From the human T2T-CHM13v2.0 reference genome, Homo sapiens, in the NCBI RefSeq assembly GCF_009914755.1, contig NC_060932.1: a stretch of DNA of 64,000 bases; one strand, written 5' to 3'. The notes below the pieces were generated by a model. That model was given only the letters and a program-made list of their open reading frames with translations, was not told the DNA's origin and did no database searches. Of this stretch, positions 15,781 through 33,554 are shown piece after piece (position 1 is the stretch's first letter; the number at the start of each line of letters is the position of its first letter). The translations under genes and the position numbers were made by a program.

Positions 15781-16332
15781 CCTTACTTTTAACCAGTGGT
15801 AAAGAGGAGCCTATGAGGTCATCTTCCATTCAGTGGTATCTAGACTTTGTGATTATAGAGCGAGAAAAACATCCAGTGGACTTACTTAGAAATGACTTCC
15901 TTTTGTCTTATACTTACTGAGAGATTTATTTCCTTCATCCTTCTTGTAACCTGGGGGGCCTGGAGAATTTCACACTCATTGTTCCCTATCTTCCTCATTC
16001 TACAGACAAATGTAGTTATAGATAAGATTATTTATTTCTGACTGTCAAGACTCATAGCAAAACTTGCTTGTATTACAATATTCATCCTGTCTGGAGATGA
16101 TGGCACTAATCGTATAAATCGTGTAAATAACCAGGTGTCTTCACAGACTGAAAGTCTAGAAATGCATCTAGGTTGACAAATATTTACACCGAGTTATATT
16201 GCTTTAATTTACCATCAGTTGAAGGGAGAAGGGGGTGAGCAATATCACATTAATAAAGGAAGAGGGTATTAGAGCTTATCATTTCATGGAGGCTTGTCTT
16301 TCTTGTGTATATTCTCAACATACAAGAAGTTA

Positions 16333-16650
<318 letters not shown>

Positions 16651-16714
16651 CTAAAAATATTTTTAATTCAAAATATAATTTTCAATTAAGCAGAGACTTC
16701 ACCTCAGAGATAAC

Positions 16715-16830
16715 TGATAAAAACTGAGGCACAGAGAAGTTAAGTGGCTGACCAAGGTGACACAGCTGGTGAAGGACACAGCCAGGACTCTAACCAGCTC
16801 CACATCACAAACGTGCTGTAATGAGCTACT
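16715..16830 (-). mobile_element. MIR core
   Basis: aaaactgaggcacagagaagttaagtggctgaccaaggtgacacagctg. Confidence 0.8.
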
Positions 16831-17369
16831 GGCTGCCCAGCCAGCCGACTGAACAGGTTGTTTATAAAATGGAGCAAATACTATCAATCCCACTTGCCCT
16901 TAGAAATGCCCAGAGAATTAACCAAGCTCAAGGACAGTGGGGATGGCACAGAACTGACTGTACAGGTGTAAAGTGTGATGATTTATGCAGGAACTAGCTA
17001 TCAAAGTTACGGAAACCTAGAATTTTATCCATTGTTGGGTATCTCCCAGTAGTGCATGATTAGCCATTCTTGGCGATGATTCTGTGAGCTGTTAGAAGTT
17101 TTTGTGTGTCTAAGTAGATCTGTCTGAAACTATTTTCAGGTTGTATGAATCTTTGTCTAGGAATTTGCTTCCCTGGCCTACCCAAAAAAAAAAAAAAAAA
17201 AAAAAATGAAGTGCATTTTGTTCTGTTCACAGATAGCTTTCTTTCTTGCTACTCTTGGCCATAAGACCAACTCTAAAAACATTGGTGACCCTGAAAATGT
17301 CTCAAGGACATTCAGTTTACTTTCCTTGCCTCTAAGCCACTCCTTCTTTTAAAAAAGAAAGCTTGAGGA

Positions 17370-17674
17370 GGCTGGGTACAGTGGCTCACGCCTGTAATCC
17401 CAGCACTTTGGGAGGCCAAGGTGGGTGGATCGCGAGGTCAGGAGTTCAAGACCAGCCTGGCCAAAGTAGTGAAACCTCGTCTCTACTAAAAATACAAAAA
17501 TTCGCTGGACATGATGGTGCGTGCCTGTAGTTCTAGCTACTTGGGAGGCTGAGGCAGAAGAACTGCTTGAACCCAGGAGGCAGAAGGTGCAGTGGGCCGA
17601 GATTGCACCACTGTACTCCAGCCTGGGCGACAGAGTGAGACTCCACCTCAGAAAAAAAAAAAAAAAAAAAAAAA
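17370..17674 (+). mobile_element. AluS (Sg-like)
   Basis: ggatcgcgaggtcaggagttc; TSD aaagcttgagga. Confidence 0.96.
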
Positions 17675-18659
17675 GCTTGAGGAAATTTATAGCCCAGGAA
17701 AATGAGTGGGGAAGAGATGCTATTTAAATGTAAAATCACTCCTGCTAGAGGTAGTGGTGGGAGTGGGGAGAGATGAAAGAATGGGGTGGGTAGAAGAAAA
17801 TGTCCGTCCATGGGCAATTCCATTTTTGGCTATTCCATGGAGACAAACCAATTAGTGTGGATTTTCAAGGTGGTTTGTGTGAACTGGCTACCTGCCCATT
17901 ATGAATTGGACTGGGATTAACTAGCTCATTCCAAACACTCCACCAAACAGCAAATGGTCACAGGAAAATGATTTTTAGTCACCAACAACCTGGCTGGATT
18001 GGAAACTTGGAGATGAAAGCCTTGATAACCTCCTACCAATCTACAAAGAGACTGTGACTCCTTCAGATCTACCCACTTCTAAATACCTTTTTCTCCCTGC
18101 CCTCTTCATTCTTTGCTTTTATTCCTTAAAAAGCTCTTTTGCAGTTCGGAGGCTGTTTGTTTTTCTGAACATAAACATACCTATCAACCAACCAGCCTGG
18201 TAATGGTCAATGTGTATGAACACCACCATTTATGTGTTTCATCATATGAGCTTGCATGACTGCCTCATCTATAAGTTTAATTCAACCCCCGGTTCTAGAA
18301 ACCAGTTTACTTCTAATAGAGAAGCCCTGAGAAACTTGGGCTCAATATTGAGGGCTTCAGCACACGACTAATGCCATAAGCACTTTTAATTATCTGTCTC
18401 AGCTTCTTACAGCTGGAATTTCCCTTGTTCCAGACACAAAGTCCTTAACTTTATATTCCAGGCTCAGGAACTTGGCTCCAGGGATCACCACCAGCCACCA
18501 GCATGTTCATTCATTCTTTTCTCCAAGCAAATGATCCCTACACCAGGGTTAACAACCTCATCAAGAGAGGCTAAGGCGATTTCAGCTGCAACCCTCTGTA
18601 TGTGGCATCCCTGTGGCTTCCCACCTTAGATAATTGCTATCCTCCTTTCCCTCACCTAT

Positions 18660-19137
<478 letters not shown>

Positions 19138-21225
19138 AAGTCAGTGCCGGTAGTATCTGCAGTAGAGGTAGGTAGAGGCTATATATATTCTTCCACACAT
19201 CCTCACGACCAAGGGGTATGTTACTATGAAAATATGTCACGGAACAAATGTTGAAGTCCTGCCAAAATTCCAGCCCATAGAGCAGGGCCTGATACCCACT
19301 GCCAGGCCACATTAATGCTGATGTGGAGTAGCCAGCCCTCAACAGGCTGCCTCCTGGACTTCCTCCACTAACCTGGCCTGGGGCCCCCAGGACCTCCCCG
19401 GAGCCAAGTGCCTGCCAAAAATCTCACTTTTTGCACAACTCTATGTTCCCTGCTGTGTGTGTTCTGCCTGGCGGGCTGGACTTCCCGCCAGCACCCACAG
19501 GCCCCCACCCAGTGTCTGCCCCACTTTGGCGGATGAGGCTTCTCTCCAGACCCATGTCCTCCAGTTTGCTCTGTGAACCCCAGTGAGCCTGCCCAAGCCT
19601 GCCTCCATATCCACCATGAGGAAGAATTTAATGAAAGAAAACCAATGTGCCAATCTCTAATACTGGAACAGAAGTTCCAATAGGTGGTGAAGCTCAATCT
19701 TGCCCATAAATAGTGATTTATTTGTTTGGCGCAGAGGATTGGAAGGACAAACTGTAAGCTCAGCTTCAACTCAGAGCTGGCTAAGGGGCTGGCAGACAGG
19801 TCAACTCTCTGAGTCCAGGATGCACAGGAATGTTCTGGTCTCAAGTGCATGATGAAGTCAATTACCAGAAGTTTTTTAAATCCTCCAAAGTATCTACCTC
19901 CTTGTCCTAAACTATGACTGGAAATTCAAATAAAACACACTTAGTAAATTTCCTTCTTTTTCTGGCAATACTGGCTTTTATTGAAGGATGATGTAGCAGG
20001 AACAAAGTTCATTCTCAATATAACTTATCACTTTATACTATCTACATCTTAATGTCAAACGCAATAATCTCTAGCATATAAATGCTATTCCTGATTTTAA
20101 AATAATCCTATTTCATTAAGCTACATTTTAATGGATTCTACTTGAAAAGGAAGGGTGGAGTTCAAATTCCTTAGCCATAAACATTCATTTTCCCTCATAT
20201 TTATATTTACATACACACACACACTCACACATATATATCTCCTTGAAATAAGGTAATGTTAGGTGAGTAGTACTTTTAATAAATGTAGTTCCAAAAAATC
20301 AAATCAAATAGTCCTTTGGATCATGAATTACTTTGTAAGATTCAGAAAAATACTCATTTTTCTATGAGAGACAAAGGAAGAAAACAATGAGGTGATGTTG
20401 CTACCCCTGTTGCGAGAATCAATGTCCCCCAACCTTGAAGCACTATTGATTTCAAATGAAAATGTTGTTTCTGTAGTTTTAAGACTTTGCTCCTTACTTT
20501 AAAAAAAAAATTAGGAAAATGAAAAAACTTCATCTAAAGATGACCAAACTATTCAATTATTTCCGTGATGGCTCATTTCTCTTAACACATAAACAAAACT
20601 AAAACTGAAGGAATTAGATGTGATAATGACATATCTCTCAAATCTCATGGTAAAATTGGATGCTCAGTGGCATTAAAACACATCTCCCACCAATAACTTT
20701 CCTCTGTGATTGCCAAGGTGTAGGTCTCTCTTATTCAAACATCTGAGAATTGTTATGTCTGAGCATCTGCTCACATTCAACATTTGATGCTAGTCTGTTA
20801 TTTGCTAGGGACTTTCCTAGGCACAGGGGATACAAAGGTGATCCTCTGAGCTAAAAATCAGTGTATCAACGGGCATTAAGTAGAAGGAGCAAGGAGGGGT
20901 CTGATGTTGATCTTGGGTGCACCATTTGTTTCCAAATTCTAGCAAGTTGTCCATCAGTCTGTACTATTTACCCTAGAGTGAATTGTGGACACATGGCTCA
21001 TTCATAATCAGTCCTTAGCTCCATCCACATTTATTTTACTGTCATGCAACTTGCTCCAGAGTAGGAGGCCTCTTCCTACTCCAAGTGTTAGAAAATACAG
21101 ATGAACTTTACCATTCCACAAAGGATAAAGGGATTGGGAGCCTGTTGAAAGCAGGGACAGTATCACTCTACTTGGTGTCCCGTATCCACATCAGGACTCA
21201 GTGGGTATACCATAAATGCTTTGTC

Positions 21226-21250
21226 ACACACACACACACACACACACACA
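21226..21250. repeat. (CA)12 microsatellite
   Basis: direct reading. Confidence 0.93.
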
Positions 21251-22244
21251 AAAGATTGAAGGAATAAAAAACATATTTTTTAATGATCCAATTTAAAACA
21301 TCACCTTAGTATTATAAACAGCATTCAGGGGAATACCAACTGAGTTTCTATTCTGCAGAAGGGTAAAGCAATAGAGAGAAAAAAGGTTAAAAGAGCAAAT
21401 CTCTAGCCGATGTAACTGGGAAAAAAATGTAAAAAGGGCTGATCTCTAACTCCAAGTCCTGAGCACAATCTTTGGCTGTTGTATAGAATTTTCCTATGCA
21501 TTGCCTGCATCTTACAGAAGTATTTAAAAGCCTTCCCTAATCTGCCCTTGTTTAGTTTTAGCTGTATTCTCCCATGGTTTTCTGATATAATCAAGGAAAA
21601 AATCAACCCTAATAGTGTTTTCATTATTTTACAGTACAATTATTTTGAGAGCATGGAACCTTCTGAGCATGTTCCTATAACTTCAAGACAAAAATGCAGT
21701 ACTGTTTCTTTCAACATAAATGCATGTACTGGAATACTCTGGCACCAACAATAGGATCAAATGATAGAACTCTTCGTTCAGAAAGCCTGTAAGAAGACTT
21801 TATCCTCATCCCCGTGAGGGGCTTTTGCACACATCTGTTTCAGCTCAGTCCCCTAGAGATATCTAAAATCTAATTAACCAATTAATTTGCAAATATATTC
21901 TAATGTATGCAAGGCAGATTTTCTTGGGTGTTAAATTATCTGACACTGAACCATATACAGTACACAAGAGCGGGACCTCACTGAAATACCACAAGTTACC
22001 CCAATGCAAGAACGGCTAGGTGGGCTCTGGTCCACAAGCACTTCTATTCCCTAATGAGAAAATGAGTTACCATGGTCAGGTTAGGTTGTGTGTGCTTCAG
22101 TAAGGTACTGCTAAATGCACTGGTGAGACAGAGGGGTCATCAGGCACTCTGAGGCTTGTCTTCTAAAACTGCTTCCACAGTATCCCCTAGGGTAGGGCTG
22201 GGGTGGGCACGGTTGCCTGGGGCCAAGGAATTGGAGAAAAAATA

Positions 22245-22583
22245 AGCCAGCTCAGTGGCTCATGGCTGTAATCCTAGCACCGTGGGAGGCTGAGGCAAGA
22301 CGATCACTGGAGTCCAGGAGTTTGAGACCAGCCTAGGCAACATAGCGAGACCTTGTCTCTGCTAAAAATAAAAAAAATAATAATTAGCTGCATGGGGTGG
22401 CGTGTACCTGTAGTCCCAGCTACTTGGGAGGCTGAGGTGGAAGGATCTCTTGGGCTCAGTAGCTCAGTAGATAGAGGCTGCAGTGAGCTATATCACACCA
22501 CTACACTGCAGCCTGGGCAACAGAGTGAGACCCTGTTTCAAAAGAAAGAAAAGGAAAAGGAAGGGAGGGAGGGAGGGAGGGAA
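22245..22583 (+). mobile_element. AluJ with GA-rich tail
   Basis: ggcaacatagcgagacc, gaggctgcagtgagctat; TSD agaaaaaataag. Confidence 0.94.
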
Positions 22584-23361
22584 AGAAAAAATAAGATGAT
22601 GATACATATTTCACTTAGTCTGTTTTCCTAGGGTGGATGAAGGGAAGTTTAAGCTATGGGAAGAGTATGCTCTATCATACTGGGAATTACTAACTGCTAT
22701 TAATTTGCATGCAGAACTCTGTTCTTCAAGAAAGCAGCCACAGCAGGTAACATTGTTTACTCAGACAATCAAGTTGTAATTTACTGAACTTGTGGATTAA
22801 AAAAAAAAAGGATGTTCTTAATTGCTACATTGCAACAATTTATCCAGCTCAATGACTGTATAGCTACAGATAAGAACTCAGAATAACACTATCAAATGTT
22901 AGGGGGATTACCTAATTTACAAAATGAAGAGTATCTCAATGCACAGTGTGTTGTTACCTAAAAATATGGAATGTGGATTTTAATATGTTTCTGATAATAT
23001 GTTTGGATAGCTGCTAATTGTGCAGCATTAAAGCAAAGCTGATTTTGTTATTTATCTTTTATTCAAGACAAATTATTATTTTGATTATTCACAAAATGGA
23101 AAAGAAAGAAATGGCAATATTATACAATGTGTTTTGGTATCTTATTTCTATAATGTAAATTTTTCTACTATTCAATCACTTTCAAAGATCTCCAAACACA
23201 TATTAAAGCGAATACTGAAGCAGAGAAAAAAAAAAAAAAAAGAAAGAAATGCATGTCCAGTTTAGGGTTGAGGAAGCCAAGATGGGATTTTTACATAATA
23301 AATAGATTCTAAATTTTCTTCAAGGGTTAGGGAGAAGTTAAAGAGAAAGAGTGTTAGTATT

Positions 23362-23678
23362 TGCTATGGTCTGAATGTGTGTCTCCCACAAATTTCATAT
23401 GTTGAAATCCTAACCCAAATACCGATGGGATGATGATGTGGAGCTTTTGGGAAGTGATTAGGTCATGAGGGTGGAAATCTTTTTTATAAAAGAGACTGCA
23501 GAATGATTCTTCACCATCTCAGCCACATGAGAATACGATGACAAGCCCGCAGTCTGTAACCTGAAAGAGGGCCCTCACCAGAAGCTGACCATGTTGGCAC
23601 CCTGGTCTCGGACTCTGAGTCTCCACAACTGTGAAAAATAAATTTCTATTGTTCATTAGCAGCCCAAATAGACTGAGT
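23362..23678 (+). mobile_element. MLT1A-type MaLR LTR
   Basis: tgctatggtctgaatgtgtgtc...aatttcatatgttgaaatcctaaccc...ataaatttct...agcagcccaaatagactga. Confidence 0.85.
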
Positions 23679-23828
23679 TCTTACAGTTAAAACGTGGATT
23701 GGTCAATTCATAATAGTTGCCTAAAAGGGTAATCTATATATGCAAACTTCTTTCTGACAACGAAACTACAATTTCCCATGAAGTTGAGAGGGGTTAAGAA
23801 AATGGAGAAAATTAGCAAGTATGGTTAA

Positions 23829-24176
<348 letters not shown>

Positions 24177-24701
24177 TAAAGTGACATCTAAAGATATGCA
24201 TCCCAATAGGATTGGGGTGATTTTCAACATTCATATAAAAAATGAGTTTATCAACACTCAAAATAGATTTATTTGGTATTTCTAGTTTGTTTGTTTAAAA
24301 TGCCAACAAAACATAACATACTATGGCTATCTTCCTCCATTTGAAAAGACAAGTAATGTGGTAAATATGCTACAAAGTGGCCTAGGAGAATTTCTTAGGT
24401 ATCTCCTTTGACTAACATACTTTAATCCTTTTCACTCTTGTTAGCCTCAGCATTAGTGTAGGTGCAAAGCAGCTGGTGAGTAAATTTGGGTATAATGAGC
24501 CAGTCTAGTTCATTCTAACAATGAGAAATTCCTAATTTTAAATGGTCATTTCTTTTTTAAATAGAAATGAACAGAGAGGTACAAAAAGGCTTTGGTAGAG
24601 TATGTCATAATGCATAATTATGAATATATATTGTCAAGTTTGTATGACAATTTAGATCTTTAATGTTTTTTCCATTATATCTTTTTAAAGGGAACAATCC
24701 T

Positions 24702-24995
<294 letters not shown>

Positions 24996-25518
24996 GAACA
25001 ATCCTTTTCCTCAATTATCCTGGGTAATTTGATAGATGAGCTATCATATAATCCCCTCAATTGATCTACTCTGCTACTCATGTGCCCACAAAAATCTAGG
25101 CAGCATACTACTGACAATGTGAGCTTCAGAAAGTCTTTCATCCAAATGGATTCCAATACCAATGATAGAAGAAACTAGTAAATATATTCCTTTTCCATCT
25201 TCTTTAGTGTCAAAGCACAGATACAGGTGACTGCATCTTAAACACTGCCCAGTTTTCAGCACTGTTTCATTTCCTGAATTCCTTCTTCCTAACTGTCCAT
25301 TAGCGGCTTTGACAATAGTGTTAGCCAGATAGTCTCCTTTCTACACATATAAGGTGCAAAAATAAAAGATTTTAAACTGCAGCTTGAAGGAACAAAGTAT
25401 TGTTATGTTGGTCAGGTTTTCTATGGATTAGACGTTAAAAAACAGTGGCAATAGAAATATTGGTACTCTTCTCTGTGAGTTGATATGAAGGCTGGAAATC
25501 AGCCGCCTAAGATGATCA

Positions 25519-25904
<386 letters not shown>

Positions 25905-26399
25905 TTAGTATTTGCCCCTTCTAGCCTCTTGTTTCTAAAATAACAGGTGTAATTTCAGAGCCCCAACTGCTAATTCCACATGCAAAATTGTTTTAGGCAA
26001 TCCTCCCAATGCATTCTAGAGACTTTTCAGGGTCATTTTTATTTGTTAGATTTCCACGGTATTCAAGTTTCTAAGTAAGCAAAAATTATCCGTTGCCAAG
26101 TACCATCTTTGGGGAGAGGAGTTGAGGGAAGAAGAAAAAAAGGACAGAGAAGAATATAAAGAAAAGCTGAAAAAACATAGATCAGGCCCCAAGATTCCAG
26201 GTTTCCAGATGAGCAAATGCCCATCTGGCCCTTCTCCCCATGCAAGCAGTGGGCAGTGACCGTGGGTGCTTACTGCAGTGGGTAGAACCAGTTTCTAAAT
26301 TCAAACCCTCCAGGCAGGGAAGAGGGCAACTGGCTAGTGAAAAGAGAAATGCTGAAGACTGAAAGCTGAACTGAAGCTTTCCTTAGAACCTAAAGAACA

Positions 26400-26680
26400 C
26401 AAATGAATTCATGCAACAAATATTCTGAGCACCTATCCATGCCAGAAACTATAAGAGATGCCCAATATGTAGAGATAAATAATATTCAGGCCTTGGCCTA
26501 GGGGCACTAAGAGTCTAATAGTCTAACCATTAATCAAACAGCAACAATAAAGGGTGATAAATACTCTATGTGGAAGTGTACTCAGAGTGTATCGGGGTAT
26601 ACTGGGACAGAGAAGCATCTAACTCACAAGGAATATATCCAGAGGAAATGACACTTGAAATGAATTTTAAATGACAGGAC
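26400..26680 (-). mobile_element. L2 fragment
   Basis: attcatgcaacaaatattctgagcacctatccatgccag...ccagaggaaatgacacttgaa. Confidence 0.65.
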
Positions 26681-28392
26681 TTAAGAGACAGAGAAACAAG
26701 GAGTACTTGTGTCAAAAGAGAGAATGCAAAAGAGTATGCCATAATTTAGAACTTTGCAACAGAAAAGGCAGAAACACAGAGCAATTTATTTCAGAAACAC
26801 CCAAATTTATTTTAAAACATACTAGACTCCAGACCCAGAGAGTAAGGATGGATGCTTATAAAACTGCTTTTTTAAAATGTTCCACATATGTGGTCCAATG
26901 GGAATTTTAAGAAATGCATTCCATTCCTTGTTGATAAAATAGAATTTGGGTTATTTACTATTTTGAAAAAAGAATTTTCTACCTGCTAGAGGTAAGGACG
27001 TAGGATAAAATAAATAACAATAATAATGATAATAAATGGGAGATGTGGGGCATGGCATAGCATCTATTTATAAAAGATCTTAACACTTTGTGTTTTCTCT
27101 CTCATTACTTTCCTATCAGGCAGGAAAGTAATGAAGACTGACACAAAATTAAACAATTACTAGTCACTAGTGATTGGAGATTCATTTGTTTACCATTCAT
27201 TCTTCCACAGATATTTACGGAAGCGCGTATTAAGTCGGAGGCCATCTTTCTAAGGTATTAGAACTACAACAGTAAACAACAAAATTGTAAAGGAATGTCA
27301 CAAGTAAGCTGAAATGCCATAGACATTTCAGCTACCAGGCTGTGGGAAAAAAGGATGACATTGAAATAAGAAAACGATATGGCCAGCCAGGAACCCGTTT
27401 TTCTAACAGAGAACCCCTGGATGTGCCTCAAAGCTAACTAAGGCTCTGGTCATGTCACAGAGGCGTGATTAAACCAGCCCTAATGACTGAGTACCTTGAA
27501 GACTCTGGATGTTAATGACAGAGTATCTTTTGCACGCTGCTTTCCTTTTAGTCAGTTCATCTTTACCCAGTGCAGACTTTAATGTTTGCAAAAACCGGAG
27601 GCCGGCGCAACTGAAATGGTCAGGCCTTCCCTAGCCTCATGAGAGAAGTCGCTGAATTAATGAGGAACCAGATGTAGGCTCTTCATAGTTGGAGCCGCCA
27701 CCCCAAGAAAAGCTCCAGGGAGGGGAAGGGAAGTAAGCAATGGCCAACCCAATAGGAAACCTTCACAGGGAGTGGAGAGCATTTTCTGGCCAGATTCTGC
27801 AACACTGAGACTTGTTGTCTCCACTGTAGCACAACTACAGCCAAGCTGAGGTGAGAAAAAAATAATTAGGTCCCAAATCTGCATTAAAACATTTTTGCAG
27901 GGTTTTGTTCTTGAAGTGGAAAACTGTTCCCACAAGGTCTATTTTTAACCATTTTATTTTAAAGAGATCAGAAAGCCACTTCATGTTGAAATTTCTCAGT
28001 GGGGAATTTTACAGTAATGCTACTTAAATCCAACCTAACGATGACAAAGCAGAGGAAATGAGTGAATGGGCTAAGTCTGTGGAAATATAGCAGCCCCTCC
28101 CGCTTAAATCAATGTCATGGCTCAGAGAGGCTGTGAGTACAATATGGTGGTATATATGCTTCCTTTCTGACACAATTCAAAAGTCAAGCAGAATCCTGAA
28201 TTTTAGGAAAGTACTAGTTCACAGTCAACTTTTTCTGTTAAACAACAAGTTTTAATGTTTTTTTCTCCCTAAAATTACGCAAAGACTACTAGTATTTCAA
28301 GTGATTAAAGACACCTTGGTTATAATAAACTGAGGCTATGCCCCTTGGTGATTTCACTTGTGGTGTCAATTTATTTAGAGAAATAAATATTC

Positions 28393-28690
<298 letters not shown>

Positions 28691-28824
28691 AAATACATAT
28701 TCAACCTACTATCCAGAGTCAGATTTTCTATTAGAGGCAGAAAAAGGAATGTGATTATCCTGAGTATACACTTCAGTAAAATAAAATCAAAGGAAAAACT
28801 CATTGAAAATAAATGACATAGCAC

Positions 28825-28925
28825 ATTTCATCGACCAAATATTTGGTGGTCATCTACTGTGTGCCAGGCACTTGAGATACACCATCAAGAACAAACCTCT
28901 GCCTTCATGGAGCCCTTATTTTATC
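28825..28925 (-). mobile_element. L2 3' fragment
   Basis: caaatatttgg...catctactgtgtgccaggcac...ctctgccttcatggagc. Confidence 0.6.
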
Positions 28926-29224
28926 ATTAAACACACAAACCATGTTGTAGAAATTAGATGACCTGGCATAAGGTTGGCCAAGTTGTTTGTGATTCAGCTT
29001 AAAATCTCTCAAAGGGCTGAAGTGAGGAGCATTAAAGAAGGAGAAAGATTTCTAGAACAACCAATCTCTGCAGATAAGAATATCCAGTGCTGTAAATGCA
29101 ACTACCTCAATGCCCTTTCTTATTCTCATCATCACCACAAGTCCAGGTTTAGAATCTTCCAGTGATTCCATTCTAGAACCTGAGAACTATAAACAGGCAC
29201 AACAGTATGATGAGGATGTCATGC

Positions 29225-29540
29225 CAGTGGGCTGTGTTGCAGTAACAAATGACCCCATCACTTCAATGGCTTTCAACAACACATCCATTGAGGGTTGGCT
29301 GTGGGCTATGCTCCACTTCTTCATGGTGAGACCCACGCTGTAGAGCACCTGGCCTCTGAGACGTTACTGTTTTCATGGCAGAAGGAAACATGAGAATGGT
29401 GAAGCCATAAAATGGCGCTTAAAGCTTTTCCTCCTAGGTGGCACAGGTGACTTGAGCTCTCATTTCATTGGCCAAAGCAGATAATACAGCTAGATGTCAA
29501 CAGCTCAAGAATATATCATCCTACAGGCAGCAACAGCAAA
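29225..29540 (-). mobile_element. Old MaLR LTR (MLT1J/K-like)
   Basis: tgttgcagtaacaaatgacccc...aatggctttcaacaac; catggcagaagg; ctcatttcattggccaaagca. Confidence 0.65.
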
Positions 29541-30932
29541 CAAAACACTCAGTGATGAATAGGTTGTAGCATTTATCAGAATGCAGGTGACTACCAAAAA
29601 AGATGTGGAAAATATTTCTAACCCTTCCATTTTCCCAGACATGTGATTACTATTAAATTGTGAGTGAATCTTCTGAAGGGAAACTACTCCCTTTCATGTC
29701 ATAATTTCTCCCCAGACCAGTAGCACACAGAACGTAAAGTGAAACAAAAACAGAGCCTGGAGAAGTTAGAGAAAACTAATTTTTCTTTCTATGGTTAGAT
29801 GTCAAACAATTCATTTTCCCCCTCAATCATTCCTTTCCACATGAAAAAAAAAAAGGAACTCTATAATGTGGAAGACTACATTCTATATTTTATTTTGTAG
29901 CTAGTAAATTCTTCCTGAGATCCACATGGTACTTTATACAGGCAGGAGGAAGGAGACAGGTTATGGTGACACTAACCTCTTGAATTTTTGTTATGCATCA
30001 ATTAGATGAAATTAGAATACAGGAAAGACATACCTTAGCAATTGCAATGGGCATCACTGGCCTTTGTTTCAAAAGAGTGACCAAGCAACTACAAGAACAT
30101 GCACAATCTAGAGTTAAGGAGTATTTTATGCATTTTCCCCCCAAAACACAAAAGAGAACTAGAAATAGTTCAGATCAGTCTCTGGTCACTCCTAAAAAGA
30201 TGTGGTCCTAAAACAGATTTGAGTTGGTATTATTTCAGCCACTTTGGAAACAGCCTACCACTTATGATTCAAAATCCATACACCATATAAGGTGTGCTTT
30301 GGATGAGTCTTTCAACTTTTCTACATGTTTAAACATTTATGTTAATTTATAAATAAAACATTAGGGGGAAATAATGAGTAAGCCTGGACCTTCAGTAAGC
30401 CTGAAAATAATGAGTTAGCCTTTGAACCCCAGGAGCAATAATTCTCTATGCATAATCATGAATGAAATTCCCTTACCATGTGGGAATTTTTGACAACCTC
30501 TATAACCTAAACAATAAATACCATTCTACAAGCAAGTTTGGTCCCAGGCATGTATTCGGCCATTCATCCAAAGAGCATTTTAAGTTACAACATGTGTGTA
30601 GAACTCTGCTTACCAGTTCTAGATTCATTTGCTTCAAGCAACATGCCAAGCTACCAAATCAACAAATGGTCAATTCACCAAAGACAGCGTGCTGAATGAC
30701 CAATTTTCTAAATTCACCAGGTTTATGAACTTGTTCCTTTAAATTATTTATGGAGTTTGCAGTAGTTTGTATATAATGGGATGGAGTGTTCTTAAAATTG
30801 TTAGATTTCTGAAGTTCATGACAGGTTTTCCTACTGCCTTCATAGTATTAAAGGAATGGTCAATTCATCAAAAGCTAAAGATGATTTTGTTTTCTTATGA
30901 ATGTTTAAGATCTAGAAAAACGTATTCCATAA

Positions 30933-31308
<376 letters not shown>

Positions 31309-31518
31309 TGAACTCTTTTGTTTGTTGGGTTTATCGACCTATTAACCTTTTTAGGATTTTTTTACCTTATGCATCTTTTAACGCTTTTGCATTACTCTTG
31401 TTTTGGATTAGGTGTAGTATTTAAGAACATATCTTCCTTATACAATAAAGCCATCTAGTAGAAATCAAGTGCAGGTGACTGGAATGTATGCTCAACAAGG
31501 GCAAGTTATGGTCTAGTT

Positions 31519-31725
31519 CAGAGGTGGTAAACTATGGTTCATGCATTGCCTGTTTTCATAAATCAAGATTTTTTAAAAAACGCAGCTTGAACTTGTTTTA
31601 TGTATTTCTGTGGCTGCTACTACAGAAAAAGAAAAAATGTCACCGTTTAATGGTTGCAATAGAAATGGTGAGGCCTACAAAGCCTAACATATTTACTATC
31701 TGGAACTTCAAAAAAAAGAATATTT
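31519..31725 (+). mobile_element. MER58A-like hAT relic
   Basis: cagaggtggtaaactatgg...ggcctacaaagcctaacatatttactatctgg. Confidence 0.7.
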
Positions 31726-31749
31726 GGGACTAGGGATCTAGTTTATTAC

Positions 31750-31826
31750 AGTATCCACAGCTCCTGGAGCAATGCCTGACTCATTTAGGAGGGCTACATA
31801 AATACCAGTTGAATGAATGAATAAAT
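31750..31826 (+). mobile_element. L2 3' end
   Basis: cagtatccacagctcctggagcaatgcctg...gttgaatgaatgaat. Confidence 0.6.
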
Positions 31827-32481
31827 GACTCCTGGTTTTTAACAAATGGCTACCCCGCATTCATCACTCATTTCAGTGCTTACTGTCTCACAACTCATGG
31901 GCTGGTGAGAGGTGTTGGTTCTTCCTAGTGACACAGAAATTAGGCAACTTGAGTCAAGGGGTAAAGCAAACCACCTCTGTGGTTCCAGGACTAAGGCCAA
32001 TTGTAATGCAGATGATTGGTTTGCGGCAACGTAAAAACCAACTCACATTTCTGCAAAGACTATATTGGGAAACTCCAAACACAACTAAGCCGGCTGGTCT
32101 GCAAAAACTCAAGTCACTGTTTGTCCCTAAAAAGAAAAGAAAATGTAGGTTGGCCAATCCTTCTTCCCTCTTCTGAAGGTTGGCAGTGATTTTGTGGTCG
32201 AAGTGATGAGCTACCCTGAAAAGTCAGAAGGAAACCACAAAACCCACGCCCATTGCTCCTCCTAAGCTACAGCTGCTGCTGCACACAGCAGAAATATTTA
32301 TATTCTGCCAGAGATCCCCCAGGACTATCCTGGATAGAGTAGCTTCTACAGACGTTATTCTGGTGGGAAATACTACGAAAAAGTCAAGTGCTGATCAATC
32401 TATTGGGAATTTTCTGCCATTTAACACCTGTTAAGGAACCTGTAACCAGACAAAACCAAGTGAGCTAGAATTTTATTGTTG

Positions 32482-32788
<307 letters not shown>

Positions 32789-33035
32789 TAGTTAACTTTG
32801 AATGGCAAGTGGCAGGATGGTTGATTGGTTGGTTGAGAGGTGTCTAGCAGTCCTACTTTAATTTCCTCTTGCCTGTTAATGCCACTATGATTAAGGCTCC
32901 TTTCCTCCCCATCCCCATACTAATTCCTAATTCATCTCAGTAAAATTCCCCAGGGTAGAACAAGGACACAAATCATTACTATGAAGCTGTAGGGGTACCC
33001 TAAGTCAACTCATTTTCTCCAAAGCAGGAACACTA

Positions 33036-33554
<519 letters not shown>

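Noticed and set aside
19368-19850. 160-aa minus-strand ORF in a GC-richer patch
   Set aside because: No recognisable homology; may be a decayed repeat; cannot support coding.
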